Assembly (NCBI GenBank): GCA_035686305.1 | Contig: DASRZP010000063.1 | Coordinates: forward strand, 4,396-68,395 | Direction of reading: 5' to 3' | DNA length: 64,000 nt | Source: Thermodesulfovibrionales bacterium | GTDB lineage: Bacteria > Nitrospirota > Thermodesulfovibrionia > Thermodesulfovibrionales > UBA9159 | Shown: piece by piece, positions 8,447 through 19,118 of the stretch | Layout of the letters: the number at the start of each line of letters is the position of its first letter | Position numbering within the stretch: position 1 is the first letter of the stretch | The notes under the pieces: generated by a model | The model's database searches: none | Told to the model about the DNA's origin: nothing | What the model saw: only the letters and a program-made list of their open reading frames with translations | Translations under genes and position numbers: made by a program

Positions 8447-9484
8447 TTAACGGAGACGCCGCCTCGGTGAGAAGATGATCCTCCCACGGTTCAGCTGACC
8501 GTAAGCCTTCACAAAGACCGGGTAACATGAGGAGGGGACAAGAAGTGCCATGAAGGTCGTAAAGACAGCCAGGGACCAGTCTCGTCCCTTAAGATCTCCT
8601 CTGAAAAGTCCAGGGATCAGCCTGATACCCTCACATCGTTTCCCTTCGAGGACACGCAAAAAGATGGTCTCCTTCGTCTGCCTTCGTGTGATGATACTCG
8701 TGTCCACCATCGCCTCCTCACTTTCCCTCAGGCTCCTCAGCGCCTCCAGAGTCCTCTGCCTCGCATAAGCAAAGTCGGCGTTTATCGCGGCTATTTCGCC
8801 ACGGCTGCCCTGTCCGGCCATCATGGTAGCGTTACCACCATGGAAGCGGTATCCCCCTAGGATCTCCGGAATGAAAACTGCATGGGCAAGAACGGATACA
8901 ACCGAACTAAGATAGTAGTCCACGCCCCGTCTGATACCCGGGGGAATGGGATGCACTCTCTCTACAAGGCGTCTCCTGAAGGTGAAGGAACTCCCCCCGC
9001 AGAATACCCTCCCCGAAAGGATCTCATTCGTTATAATACCGCTAGCACCATCTTTGTAGCCAAAGGCCTTCAAGAAGTTTTCGTACATGAGACGACCGCT
9101 CCTGTCCACAACCGCTACAGGATGATACGCCATGCCGGCTTGAGGATAGACGCTGAATGCTTCGGCGACCCTTCGAAGGCGTTCTCTGTACCAGATGTCA
9201 TCGGCATCGAGGAACGTCACGAGTTCACCATGGGCCATCGAGATGCCTCGGTTCCTCGCGCCGGCGATTCCCTGGTTTTCCTGACAGTAATAGGAGATTT
9301 GCCCTCGGTACTCTGAAAGGATCTCGGCGGTATCATCGGTTGAACCGTCGTCCACGACAATAATCTCAACCTTCTCCCGGGGATAGGTCTGGCTGAGAAG
9401 GCTCCCGACGGCGTCTCTGATAAAGGGACCGCAATTGTATGCAGGCACGATGACTGATATTACGTGATCGGTGTCCAAGGGCAA
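8447..9484 (-). CDS. family 2 glycosyltransferase with hydrophobic C-terminal region
   Basis: VISVIVPAYNCGPFIRDAVGSLLSQTY...IIVVDDGSTDDT...FLDADDIW (GT-A fold, DxD). Confidence 0.8.
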   Translation of the reverse strand: MPLDTDHVISVIVPAYNCGPFIRDAVGSLLSQTYPREKVEIIVVDDGSTDDTAEILSEYRGQISYYCQENQGIAGARNRGISMAHGELVTFLDADDIWYRERLRRVAEAFSVYPQAGMAYHPVAVVDRSGRLMYENFLKAFGYKDGASGIITNEILSGRVFCGGSSFTFRRRLVERVHPIPPGIRRGVDYYLSSVVSVLAHAVFIPEILGGYRFHGGNATMMAGQGSRGEIAAINADFAYARQRTLEALRSLRESEEAMVDTSIITRRQTKETIFLRVLEGKRCEGIRLIPGLFRGDLKGRDWSLAVFTTFMALLVPSSCYPVFVKAYGQLNRGRIIFSPRRRLR

Positions 9485-9635
9485 TTCCTGCAGTCTTCTG
9501 ATAAAGAGATCTTACCTCATTTGAACCCGTGAGGGCAAGGCAACCGGTGACGAACGGAGACATATGCCTCGATCGCAAAGGGCCTGCCCTTTCATATTAT
9601 AATAATCTGCTGTGAAAGATTCGGCACAGATCTCG

Positions 9636-10610
9636 ATGGAAAGGGGAAACGCTGTCCTCATCCTTCTCGGCCCCACATGCGCCGGCAAGACAGGGGCCTC
9701 GATCCTTCTCGCCCGGACGCTCGGCACAGAGATAATCAGTGCAGACTCGATGCAGATCTACAGGCACATGGACATCGGAACTGCAAAGCCGACGCCTGAG
9801 GAGAGGACGGCGGTGAAACACCATATGATAGACATCGCTGATCCTTCCGACGATTTCAGCGCAGGGAAGTACCGTGAGGCCGTGGTACCGATCATCAGCG
9901 AACTTCACAGAAAAGGGAAGATACCGCTCGTCGTCGGAGGCACAGGTCTCTACATCAAGGCGTTGACGAGAGGACTCTTCACCGGCCCCCCTGCTGACTG
10001 GGGGCTGAGGGAGGAGCTCCTCTCCCTCGAGCGCGAAGAGGGAGGATCCCTCCATGACCGTCTCAGGGAAGCCGACCCTGACGCGGCTTCTCGGATCAAG
10101 CCGGGTGATATCAGGAGAGTCGTCAGGGCCCTCGAGGTCTGTCTCAAGACAGAGACAGCCATAACAGAACTTCAGGAAAGAATGACAGCGCCCCTGCCCT
10201 ATGAGTTTATCAAGGTCGGTCTCTCCCGGGAGAGGAGAGAATTGTACGCGTTGATAGAAGAGCGGGTCGATGAGATGTTTGCACGAGGACTCCTCGAAGA
10301 GGTGAGGCGACTCCTTGGAATGAACCCCGGAAAGACGGCACTCCAGGCCATCGGGTATAAGGAGGTCGCAGATTATCTCAAGGGAGCGTATACGCTCGAT
10401 GAGGCGATACGTCTCGTGAAGAAGCGGACCCGAAATTATGCCAAACGCCAGCTCACGTGGTTCAAAGGGGAACCCGGAATCAGATGGGTCGATGTGACAG
10501 GGCTTACCACGGCCGAGGAGATTCAGGGGGCTCTTGCAATATTACCGGAAATGAATTACCTTAATAAGAAAGCGCCTCCCTGCGCAGATGAACCCCGGGG
10601 ATGCCGGTAA
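9636..10610 (+). CDS. miaA: tRNA dimethylallyltransferase
   Basis: P-loop [13 protein letters not shown], plus [19 protein letters not shown] and [10 protein letters not shown]. The start is ATG 9636; GTG 9612 is also possible. Confidence 0.9.
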   Translation: MERGNAVLILLGPTCAGKTGASILLARTLGTEIISADSMQIYRHMDIGTAKPTPEERTAVKHHMIDIADPSDDFSAGKYREAVVPIISELHRKGKIPLVVGGTGLYIKALTRGLFTGPPADWGLREELLSLEREEGGSLHDRLREADPDAASRIKPGDIRRVVRALEVCLKTETAITELQERMTAPLPYEFIKVGLSRERRELYALIEERVDEMFARGLLEEVRRLLGMNPGKTALQAIGYKEVADYLKGAYTLDEAIRLVKKRTRNYAKRQLTWFKGEPGIRWVDVTGLTTAEEIQGALAILPEMNYLNKKAPPCADEPRGCR

Positions 10611-10617
10611 GGAGAAG

Positions 10618-10848
10618 ATGGCTATGTCGAATAACCTGCAGGACAATTACCTCAACCAACTCAGAAAGGACAAGACACCGGTACTGGTCTATCTCACGAA
10701 CGGTGTCAGGCTGAAGGGCGTCGTCAAGGGGTTTGACAACTTCGTCATCGTCCTGAGAGAGGCAACCCAGCAATTGATCTATAAACATGCCGTTTCGACA
10801 ATTGTGCCGGAAAAGGATGTAGACCTGAGGTTCGATGAGAGCGCTTGA
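10618..10848 (+). CDS. hfq: RNA chaperone Hfq
   Basis: [40 protein letters not shown]...[13 protein letters not shown] (Sm1/Sm2 motifs). SD AAGGAG precedes ATG 10618. Confidence 0.9.
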   Translation: MAMSNNLQDNYLNQLRKDKTPVLVYLTNGVRLKGVVKGFDNFVIVLREATQQLIYKHAVSTIVPEKDVDLRFDESA

Positions 10849-11258
10849 TAGCGGGAACCCTTGTGGCTTACAGGAATCCCCTTCCTACCGTCGATATCAT
10901 CATAGAGTGCGCCGGGGGCATTGTTCTGATTAAGAGGGTGAATCCGCCTGAGGGCTGGGCATTGCCTGGAGGATTTGTTGATTATGGGGAGTCCCTCGAG
11001 GCGGCGGCCGCGAGAGAAGCAAAAGAAGAGACGGGCCTCGATGTGACCCTCGTCAGACAATTCCATACCTATTCCGATCCCGCGAGAGACCCGCGACATC
11101 ATACCATTACGACCGTTTACCTGGCAACGGCCAATGGAAAACCGCAGGCCGGTGACGATGCCGGCGAGGCATTTGTCTTCACGCGCGGCAATCTGCCTGA
11201 ACCCATTGTCTTTGACCATGGCAAGATACTTGACGATTATTTCATGAGGAGGTATTAG
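10845..11258 (+). CDS. NUDIX hydrolase
   Basis: Nudix box [24 protein letters not shown]. The TTG start overlaps the hfq stop (TTGA). Confidence 0.8.
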   Translation: MIAGTLVAYRNPLPTVDIIIECAGGIVLIKRVNPPEGWALPGGFVDYGESLEAAAAREAKEETGLDVTLVRQFHTYSDPARDPRHHTITTVYLATANGKPQAGDDAGEAFVFTRGNLPEPIVFDHGKILDDYFMRRY

Positions 11259-11262
11259 ATCG

Positions 11263-11925
11263 ATGCTAAAGGCGATGCGGAAACACGCGAAGTTCTTCTA
11301 CGTGCTCTTTTTTATCGTAATCCTCTCTTTCATCTTTTGGGGTGTCGGTACCGTCGACAAATCAACGAACGTCCCTGTGGCCGAGATCGAAAGGGAAAAG
11401 ATAAGCGTTGAAGATTATTGGACTGCCTATGACAGGGCACGACAGTTCTACCGGGAGATTCTCAAGGAGCGCTTTGATGAGGCCATGGAGAAGCAGCTCA
11501 ACCTGAAACAGAAGGTCCTCGCATCACTCGTCGACGAAAAGGTCCTTCTCATCGCCGCACAGAAGGCCGGCATTAAGGTTACCGATGAGGAGCTGGAGGA
11601 CTCTGTTATGAAGGACCCGACATTCCAGCGCGACGGCAAGTTCAACCGGGATGTTTACGTAAGGACCTTGCAGCTCAACAGGATGACTCCCGAATACTTC
11701 GAAGCCCTGAAGCGGAGGGAGCTTGCCCTGAGCAAGATGCGCCGCCTCATCGGGGAAGCGGTAGATGTAACAGATGTCTATATTCCGCAGGGTACCCCAG
11801 ATGAGCAGGCCGAGCGTATGCGCCAGTCGGCGCTCCTCGAAATGAGAGACGGGGCCGTAAGATCATATATCGAGGGCGTGAAAAAGGAGCTCAAGGTCAA
11901 GATCAATCAGCAACTCATCAGTTAA
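11263..11925 (+). CDS. PpiD/SurA-N-terminal-domain-like periplasmic chaperone, membrane-anchored
   Basis: N-terminus MLKAMRKHAKFFYVLFFIVILSFIFWGVG is typical of PpiD-like proteins. It is followed by a SurA_N-like helical region. No parvulin domain is present. Confidence 0.6.
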   Translation: MLKAMRKHAKFFYVLFFIVILSFIFWGVGTVDKSTNVPVAEIEREKISVEDYWTAYDRARQFYREILKERFDEAMEKQLNLKQKVLASLVDEKVLLIAAQKAGIKVTDEELEDSVMKDPTFQRDGKFNRDVYVRTLQLNRMTPEYFEALKRRELALSKMRRLIGEAVDVTDVYIPQGTPDEQAERMRQSALLEMRDGAVRSYIEGVKKELKVKINQQLIS

Positions 11926-11942
11926 GTCAGATAACTGCCGCG

Positions 11943-13094
11943 ATGAGGCCCTTCCCTGATCTCTGCCGTAAGTCGTCCCTTGTCATCGTCGGCCTGATGT
12001 CCGGCACTTCTCATGACGGCGTTGATTCGGCTGTCGTGAAGATTCTTGAGTCCGGGATGGACACAAGGGTTCGCCTTCTCCATCACGAACACCTTGACTA
12101 TCCGGCAACCTTGAGAGCAAGGATCAAGGCAAGTTTCAGCGGCAGTCCAGCCGATATCTGCCGGTTGAACTTCGAGCTTGGTGAATTCTTTGGAAAGGCA
12201 GCCCTCGCTTGCATAGGGACAGCCGGTCTCAAGATATCACAGGTTGACGCAATCGCTTCCCACGGACAAACGATCTGCCACATACCACCGGACGCTAACA
12301 GAAGGGGCTCCACATTACAGATCGGCGAGTCCGCAGTCATTGCGAAGAAGACGGGATTGCCCGTTGTCTCGGACTTCAGGACCGCAGATATGGCATTGAA
12401 CGGTCATGGCGCGCCTCTCGTCCCCTATGCCGATTATATCCTTTTCCGGAAAAAGAATAGGGTCACGGCCGCACAGAATGTTGGAGGCATTGCGAATGTC
12501 ACGGTGGTGACTCCTGAACTGGATGAAGTCACCGCCTTTGACACAGGGCCCGGCAACTGCCTCATAGACGAGGCCATGCACCTTCTCTTCAGAAAACCCT
12601 ACGACAAGAACGGCGCGGCGGCAAAGGCGGGAAGCGTAGATGAAGGGGTCCTGAAGGATCTTCTCTCCCATCCCTACCTCGCGAAAAGACCGCCAAAATC
12701 AACGGGGAGAGAGGTCTTCGGCCCGGACCTCATCAGGGAGATTCTTTCGAGGGAGAGGATGAAGGCCGAGGATGTGATCGCAACGCTCACGCATTTCACC
12801 GCCTGCTCCATCAAGAACGCTTACGACAGGTTTGTTCTCAGGGACTACAGAGTGAGCGAGATTATCGTCTCGGGCGGAGGAGCAAGGAATCCTTTCCTCA
12901 TGGGTCTTCTGACAGACAGCTTCAAACCTATCCCGGTAAAGGGCTCCGAGGCTTACGGAATCCCATCAATGGCAAAAGAGGCCCTGAGCTTCGCGATCCT
13001 CGCAAATGAGACCCTCCGGGGAAAGCCCTCAAACGTGCCGAGGGTCACCGGAGCAAAGGGCAGGGCGGTTCTCGGCAAGATTATCTTACCGTAA
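11943..13094 (+). CDS. anmK: anhydro-N-acetylmuramic acid kinase
   Basis: GLMSGTSHDGVDSAVV..., NVGGIANVT, FDTGPGNCLID, SGGGARNPFLM. Confidence 0.85.
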   Translation: MRPFPDLCRKSSLVIVGLMSGTSHDGVDSAVVKILESGMDTRVRLLHHEHLDYPATLRARIKASFSGSPADICRLNFELGEFFGKAALACIGTAGLKISQVDAIASHGQTICHIPPDANRRGSTLQIGESAVIAKKTGLPVVSDFRTADMALNGHGAPLVPYADYILFRKKNRVTAAQNVGGIANVTVVTPELDEVTAFDTGPGNCLIDEAMHLLFRKPYDKNGAAAKAGSVDEGVLKDLLSHPYLAKRPPKSTGREVFGPDLIREILSRERMKAEDVIATLTHFTACSIKNAYDRFVLRDYRVSEIIVSGGGARNPFLMGLLTDSFKPIPVKGSEAYGIPSMAKEALSFAILANETLRGKPSNVPRVTGAKGRAVLGKIILP

Positions 13095-14504
13095 GGCCTC
13101 CCTCACTCCTTTTTCGAGAAGGGGGATCTGTTCCTGAGAAACGGTTCTCGGGTCCAGGATAAGGGCGCCCCCCTTTATCCTCCCAATGATCGGCGGGTCC
13201 AGTCTTCTCAGTCTCTCCTCCAAGTCGTTTACTGATACCCTTTCCGGCACGATAGAAACAGCATAGGTCCTGAACTCCTTTTCAGGGAGAGAGCCGCCGC
13301 CCGCCTGGGAAGAGTCTTCGATGACCGTTATGACCGCGTTCCTGATATCCCGCCTCAGACGGGCTGATATCTTCTTCGCCCGGACCCTGATATTCTCAGG
13401 ATCTTCAAGGAGCATCCTCATCGTCGGTATCTTCTCCCAAACCCTTTCCCCATCGGCATACTCAATAAGGGTTGCCTCAAGGGCCGCGAGCGTCAGCTTA
13501 TCTATCCTCAGTGCCCTCGTGAGGGGATTCTTCTGGAGCCTCTCGATCAGTTCACTCTTGCCGACGATGATACCAGCCTGGGGACCGCCAAGGAGTTTGT
13601 CTCCGCTAAAGGTGAGAAGGTCGACACCGCTCTTCAGAATCTCCTGGACCGTAGGCTCAGATGGCATCCCGTAAGGCCTGAGATCGACAAGGCATCCACT
13701 CCCGAGATCATACATGACAGGGATACCGCGGCCGTGGCCGAAGGAGACGAGCCTTTCTATGGGCACGTCTTCCGTAAAGCCGATGATCCGGAAATTCGAC
13801 TGGTGGACTTTTAGGACAAGGGCTGTTGCGTCGGTCAGGGCCCCGACATAGTCGTGCAAGTGGGTCTTGTTTGTCGTTCCCACTTCTTTTAAGAGGGCTC
13901 CGCTGAAGGCCATGACATCAGGGACCCTGAAGGAACCGCCGATCTCAACGAGCTCTCCCCTCGAGACAAGCACCTCCCTGCCTTTTGCAAGAGTGCTCAG
14001 ACAGAGGAGGACAGCTCCGGCATTATTGTTTACAGCAAAACCGCCCTCTGCGCCGCTGATCTCCCGCAGCAGCCTCGTAATATGGGTATACCTCTTTCCC
14101 CGCTGTCCGGAATCTAGATCGTACTCGAGATTTGAATAGGACGTGGCGGTCCTTCTCACGTTTTCCATGACCCCCTCGGAAAGGATCGACCGGCCAAGGT
14201 TCGTATGAACAACAATCCCTGTCGCGTTTATCACGGGCCTGAGACTCCGGGATGTCAGCCGTTTCAGCCTCATCTCCACATCGGCCGAGACATCTTCGAG
14301 AGAGACATCCGAGGCGACCCCCTCAAGGATCTCCTTCCTCCTGACGTCAATGGCCTCCCGAACAGCTTGCAGGACATAACTCCTCGGATAGACGCCAAGC
14401 CACTGCTGTCCAAAGGCACTCTTCAGGATTTCATCAACCGAAGGAAGACTTGCCAAAACTTCTTGTCTCGAAACCAATTCCGTCCGGCCCCTATCCCTGT
14501 CCAT
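13086..14504 (-). CDS. selA: L-seryl-tRNA(Sec) selenium transferase
   Basis: 472 aa. N-terminal LASLPSVDEIL, and PLP-lysine context FSGDKLLGGPQAGIIVG. Confidence 0.9.
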   Translation of the reverse strand: MDRDRGRTELVSRQEVLASLPSVDEILKSAFGQQWLGVYPRSYVLQAVREAIDVRRKEILEGVASDVSLEDVSADVEMRLKRLTSRSLRPVINATGIVVHTNLGRSILSEGVMENVRRTATSYSNLEYDLDSGQRGKRYTHITRLLREISGAEGGFAVNNNAGAVLLCLSTLAKGREVLVSRGELVEIGGSFRVPDVMAFSGALLKEVGTTNKTHLHDYVGALTDATALVLKVHQSNFRIIGFTEDVPIERLVSFGHGRGIPVMYDLGSGCLVDLRPYGMPSEPTVQEILKSGVDLLTFSGDKLLGGPQAGIIVGKSELIERLQKNPLTRALRIDKLTLAALEATLIEYADGERVWEKIPTMRMLLEDPENIRVRAKKISARLRRDIRNAVITVIEDSSQAGGGSLPEKEFRTYAVSIVPERVSVNDLEERLRRLDPPIIGRIKGGALILDPRTVSQEQIPLLEKGVREALR

Positions 14505-14991
14505 TCAGGACGTATCGTACGCTTACCTTCAGGTCTTTGCGGAGGGAATGGTAGACAGAGCAGTACTTCTCCTGGGAGAGGGAGACTGCCCTCTCTATCT
14601 GCCTTGGGGTGACATTCTCTCCGGAGATATGGACGATCATCTCGATCGCTTTAAAGTATTGCGGAGGCTTAGGATTCCTGTCACCAAGAATCTCTATCTT
14701 GAAGCTCGTGATTGAGGCCTTCATCTTCTGGAGAAAGGAGACCATATCGATCCCCATGCACCCTGAAAGACTGAGCAAAAGACTTTCCGTCGGCGCGCAT
14801 CCCCACTGGACATGGGCGTCGAACTCGATCTCATAGCCGCTCTGCGTCCTGCCCATGAAGAGAAGATCCCTCTCCCACGTGAGCGTCCCCTTTGTTACGG
14901 GCGTAACCTTTTCCTTATATCCCGACAATGATTCCTTCAGATCCGGCGTTTCGGCATCTTCCTTTTCCACAAAGCCCTCCTTAGGGAGCAA
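14491..14991 (-). CDS. OsmC/Ohr-family protein
   Basis: 166 aa with the two conserved Cys contexts (GCAPTESLLLSLSGCMG and EKYCSVYHSL) typical of OsmC-like peroxiredoxins. It overlaps the selA start by 14 nt. Confidence 0.7.
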   Translation of the reverse strand: MLPKEGFVEKEDAETPDLKESLSGYKEKVTPVTKGTLTWERDLLFMGRTQSGYEIEFDAHVQWGCAPTESLLLSLSGCMGIDMVSFLQKMKASITSFKIEILGDRNPKPPQYFKAIEMIVHISGENVTPRQIERAVSLSQEKYCSVYHSLRKDLKVSVRYVLNGQG

Positions 14992-15071
14992 GTGGCTCTA
15001 TTTTATCTAGAAGACGGACATTTGGTCAATGAGACCTTGATGGCCCTCTGTCCTTTAGCATAGAATAGCGT

Positions 15072-16946
15072 ATGCATTATGTAATACTCGGCACGGCGGG
15101 CCATATCGATCACGGCAAGAGTTCCCTCGTGAAAGCCCTTACCGGCATTGACCCTGACAGACTTAAGGAAGAAAAGGAACGGGGGATCACCATAGACCTC
15201 GGATTTGCCGACCTCAGCTATCCTGAAGGGCTTACCGTCGGCATCGTTGATGTCCCGGGGCACGAAAGACTTGTACGGAACATGCTTGCAGGAGCAGGGG
15301 GAATAGACCTCGTCCTCCTTGTCATCGCCGCAGACGAAGGCATCATGCCCCAGAGCCGCGAACATCTCGCCATATGCAATCTCCTGAAGATCAAATCGGG
15401 ACTCATCGCCGTCACAAAGGCGGACCTCGTCGAAAAGGAATGGCTCGAACTCGTTGCGGATGAGGTGAAGACCTTTGTGAAGGGTACCTTTCTCGAGGAT
15501 GCGGAGATCGTACCGGTATCGTCAAAAACCGGCTTTAACCTCGATCTCCTCAAGGAGAAGATCAGGACCGCGGCCCTCGCTGCCGAACCGAAGCCCGTAA
15601 GGGAGATATTTAGGCTTCCCATCGACAGGGTATTCACGATGAAGGGCTTCGGCACTGTCGTGACAGGCACGCTTTTTTCAGGCACCCTCTCTGTCGACGA
15701 ACCTGTGGAGATACTGCCGTCTGGAGGAACCGGCAAGGTAAGGGGCCTTCACAGCCATGGTAAGGCGATGCAGACGGTCTACGCCGGACAGCGCGTCGCC
15801 ATAAACCTCCAGGGCATCGACAAGGACGCATTGAAACGGGGAGATGTCGTTGTCCCTCCAAAGAGCGCAACGCCTACAAAGGTCATCGACGCCAGGATAG
15901 AGCTGCTCAAAGATTCCCTGCCCCTGAAGAGCAAGAGCCCTGTCCATCTCCATTTGACAACATCAGAAACGATTGCACGGATTATTCTGTACAACCGGGA
16001 GGAACTGGGACCGGGCGATTCCTGCTATTGCCAGCTCAGGATGAACGACCCTTTGGTGGCCTTTTCCGGTGACCGCTTTGTCATCAGGAAATTTTCACCG
16101 GTCATCACTATCGGCGGAGGGACGGTCCTCGACCCCTCACCTGCAAGAAGAAGACGGAAGGAGGGGATCGGGGACCTCGAGGTGATCGAGTCCGGTACTC
16201 TTGCCGAAAAAATTGCAGCAAAGGTCAGGAAATCAGGCATAGCCGGAAGCGATACATCAGCCATCATCGGATGGATCAAGGCAGAGATACCCGCGATAGA
16301 GGATGCGATCAGACAACTGAAAAAGGAGGGGCTCCTCATACAACTCGACAGCAAGCTCTTTCATCGTGAACTCTACGAGGACCTCTCCCGCAGGATTAAG
16401 GAGACCCTCGCTGACTTCCATAAGAAGAACCCCCGGAGCACGGGCATGCCGAAAGAGGAATTGAGGGCGCAGACAAGGGTCAATGCCGAGAGATGGAACA
16501 GCCTCCTCGTTTCACTTCAGGATGTCGCGGTAGACAAGGACATTGTCCGCCTGAAGGATTTCAGGATCGCATCCTCGGATGCCGATGCTTCATCACAGAA
16601 GATACTCGATATCCTCGAGAAGGCGAGGTTCCAGCCGCCGACAAAGGAGGAACTGGCAGGGATCCTTTCACTACCGCAGAGGACTGTCCTTGAGATCCTC
16701 AAGCTCATGACTTCCGAAGGAAAACTCATGAGGATCCATGACTCTTTCTATATAACCGCAGCCGTCCACGCTGAAATGATCTCTTTACTCAGGGGATTCT
16801 TTTCGAAGCAGGCAACCATGACCGTTGCCGAGTTCAGGGACATCCTCGGAACAACACGGAAGTATGCCGTCCCTTTTGTCGAATATCTCGATTCACACAA
16901 AATAACCCTGCGAGTCGGGGATATAAGGAAGTTTCTCCTTAAATAG
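15072..16946 (+). CDS. selB: selenocysteine-specific elongation factor
   Basis: GTPase motifs [21 protein letters not shown] and TKADL, plus a long C-terminal winged-helix extension. 624 aa. Confidence 0.9.
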   Translation: MHYVILGTAGHIDHGKSSLVKALTGIDPDRLKEEKERGITIDLGFADLSYPEGLTVGIVDVPGHERLVRNMLAGAGGIDLVLLVIAADEGIMPQSREHLAICNLLKIKSGLIAVTKADLVEKEWLELVADEVKTFVKGTFLEDAEIVPVSSKTGFNLDLLKEKIRTAALAAEPKPVREIFRLPIDRVFTMKGFGTVVTGTLFSGTLSVDEPVEILPSGGTGKVRGLHSHGKAMQTVYAGQRVAINLQGIDKDALKRGDVVVPPKSATPTKVIDARIELLKDSLPLKSKSPVHLHLTTSETIARIILYNREELGPGDSCYCQLRMNDPLVAFSGDRFVIRKFSPVITIGGGTVLDPSPARRRRKEGIGDLEVIESGTLAEKIAAKVRKSGIAGSDTSAIIGWIKAEIPAIEDAIRQLKKEGLLIQLDSKLFHRELYEDLSRRIKETLADFHKKNPRSTGMPKEELRAQTRVNAERWNSLLVSLQDVAVDKDIVRLKDFRIASSDADASSQKILDILEKARFQPPTKEELAGILSLPQRTVLEILKLMTSEGKLMRIHDSFYITAAVHAEMISLLRGFFSKQATMTVAEFRDILGTTRKYAVPFVEYLDSHKITLRVGDIRKFLLK

Positions 16947-17166
16947 ACCTGATTCAGATAAAATGGTAATGAAAGTTCGGGCCGTTGTCCGATTTGCAGG
17001 CAATGTCCGATGTTATCGGCCGGTCCGGACCGTGACCGTCGCTTCATGACAGACGGGCGTTAGAATTATATGGTCGGAACATCCGTAAAGGGCTATTGTC
17101 TTGCCAAGGAGCGGATGTCGGCCTGAAGAGAAGACGGACGACTAAATCGGGCTAAGGACAGAACAG

Positions 17167-17242
17167 TGGTGGGCAGTCGCAGAATCGAACTGCGGACACG
17201 AGGCTTTTCAGGCCTCTGCTCTACCGACTGAGCTAACTGCCC
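17167..17242 (-). tRNA. tRNA-Phe (anticodon GAA), CCA encoded
   Basis: The reverse complement folds by hand as a cloverleaf: GGGCAGT/ACTGCCC acceptor stem, GCTC-AGTCGGTA-GAGC D arm, GAGGC-CTGAAAA-GCCTC anticodon arm, CGCAG-TTCGATT-CTGCG T arm, then ACCA. Confidence 0.9.
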
Positions 17243-17601
17243 GTGCAATAACTATAGTCTCTCTGCAGTTCCATTGTCAAGGTTAAGGCCAGCCTGGAGC
17301 TTCAGGTTATCGGCGCTCTTCTTCTCCTCTTTCAATTCCCTATTCAGTTTCTCGCTCTCCTCCGTCCGGTATCTCCCCGCAGCGGGCGCCGAGCCGTTTC
17401 CATGCTGTGGTTCTCCTGTCATGTTCCCCTCTATAGCTTCAGGAGGCATCTTTGTTTTTTGGAACTGTCTATTATAGAATAGGGAGATTATTGCTCGTTC
17501 TCTGTGTAGCCGTTCTCTCTGCAAGGGGCGGTACGGTTTGCGGTCTCACAGAAAGCTTAACTCTGCCGCTGGAGGATACTTGGTTGAAAGAAAAGATACG
17601 G

Positions 17602-19107
17602 ATGTATGGCCCTGCAGCCCTCTCCGGTTTTCTTCTCATATTCTCTTTCCCGGCCTATGATCTCTATCCCCTGGCCTGGGTCTCCCTCGTTCCGCTGTTG
17701 ATCTCCCTCTGGTGCAAGAAACCGAAAGAAGCGTTTCTGTCAGGCGTCCTTACCGGGCTTTTCTCTTTTTTTGGTACCCTCTACTGGATATACCATTCGA
17801 TTACCTATTACGGTTCTGTCCCTTTTCTTGCGAGCATCTCCCTCGTTCTTCTTCTCAGCATGTATCTGAGTCTCTATACCGGCCTCTTCTCGATGGTTTT
17901 TGCAGTAAAGGTGAGATCAACACGACTTCCCGCCTTATTGCTCGCGCCGATCTTCTGGGTTTCCTTCGAATTCATCCGCTCCTATGCCCTCACCGGCTTT
18001 CCCTGGTCAAGCCTAGGCTACTCACAGTGCCGGTTTCTCGCGGGCATTCAGGTTGCCGACATCACCGGAATCTACGGGGTCTCCTTCCTGGTCGCCGCGG
18101 TCAATGGGGCCGCAGCCGATATTTTCATCTCTAAGAAACGCGCTGAAGAGATGCCTCTCTTCCCTGCCAGGCAACCCTTCATCAGTTACTCAATCCTTCT
18201 CGGACTCCTGGTCCTCGTCTTTGCCTATGGTTACTGGAGGCTCCATGAACAACGGCAGGGTACCACCGTGAGGGTCAGTGTTGTTCAGGGGAATATCGAC
18301 CAGAGCATAAAGTGGGAACCGGCATATCAGGACAGGGTAATTGAAACCTATAAAGACCTTTCAAAACAGGCTGCTTCCGCCTCCCCGTCGTTAATCATCT
18401 GGCCTGAGACTGCTGTCCCCTTCTATTTTGGCGATTCCTTTCGTTCCCATGACCTCGTGGCCTTCCAGAAGGAGTTGAACGCCTACCTCCTTTTCGGGAG
18501 CGTCATCGTGAAGAAGCCCCCTTCTGATGGGGGGCCTGCCTCCCTCACGAACAGCGCTGTACTCCTTGACAAGAATGGAAATGTCTCCTATGTCTATGAT
18601 AAAATACATTTAGTCCCCTTTGGGGAATACGTTCCGCTCAGGAATATCCTCTTTTTTGTGGACAAGATCGCGTCAGGGATTGGAGATTACGTCCCCGGTG
18701 ACAAGTATGTAAAGGCCAACACCCTTTTCGGTTCCTTCGGCACCTTTATCTGTTATGAGATCGTTTTTCCCGGACTCGTGAGGAAGTTTTATTCGAAAGA
18801 TGGCGATTTCATTGTGACTATTACGAATGACGCCTGGTTTGGAAGGACAGCAGGTCCGTACCAGCACTTCAGTATGGCCGTCTTCCGTGCGATCGAGAAT
18901 AGGAAACCCCTTATTAGGGCAGCCAACACCGGGATATCAGGCTTTATCGACAGTAACGGACGGATCCTGAGGACCACAAACCTCTTCGAGCGGAAGACAG
19001 AGACCATGGACATAAGGACAGACAGTACCAGGAGTTTTTATTCACGATATGGAGATATCTTCTCCTATCTCTGCATCGTGACGACGCTGGTTTTATTAAT
19101 GCTTTAG
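17602..19107 (+). CDS. lnt: apolipoprotein N-acyltransferase
   Basis: Polytopic N-half plus a CN-hydrolase domain (VRVSVVQGNI..., WPETAVP, KIHLVPFGEYVP, FGTFICYEIVFP with the catalytic Cys). The start is uncertain; the ORF track begins at 17452, and ATG 17602 fits Lnt N-termini better. Confidence 0.85.
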   Translation: MYGPAALSGFLLIFSFPAYDLYPLAWVSLVPLLISLWCKKPKEAFLSGVLTGLFSFFGTLYWIYHSITYYGSVPFLASISLVLLLSMYLSLYTGLFSMVFAVKVRSTRLPALLLAPIFWVSFEFIRSYALTGFPWSSLGYSQCRFLAGIQVADITGIYGVSFLVAAVNGAAADIFISKKRAEEMPLFPARQPFISYSILLGLLVLVFAYGYWRLHEQRQGTTVRVSVVQGNIDQSIKWEPAYQDRVIETYKDLSKQAASASPSLIIWPETAVPFYFGDSFRSHDLVAFQKELNAYLLFGSVIVKKPPSDGGPASLTNSAVLLDKNGNVSYVYDKIHLVPFGEYVPLRNILFFVDKIASGIGDYVPGDKYVKANTLFGSFGTFICYEIVFPGLVRKFYSKDGDFIVTITNDAWFGRTAGPYQHFSMAVFRAIENRKPLIRAANTGISGFIDSNGRILRTTNLFERKTETMDIRTDSTRSFYSRYGDIFSYLCIVTTLVLLML

Positions 19108-19118
19108 AGGGAGGTTTT

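Noticed and set aside
16947-17166. Search for tRNA-Sec (selC) next to selB.
   Set aside because: There is no cloverleaf with a UCA anticodon, long variable arm or T-loop. Only tRNA-Phe (17167..17242) is present.
17252-17524. 90-aa minus-strand ORF next to tRNA-Phe.
   Set aside because: Its sequence is low-complexity and charged, with no SD for either Met. It overlaps the extended lnt upstream ORF. The evidence is insufficient.
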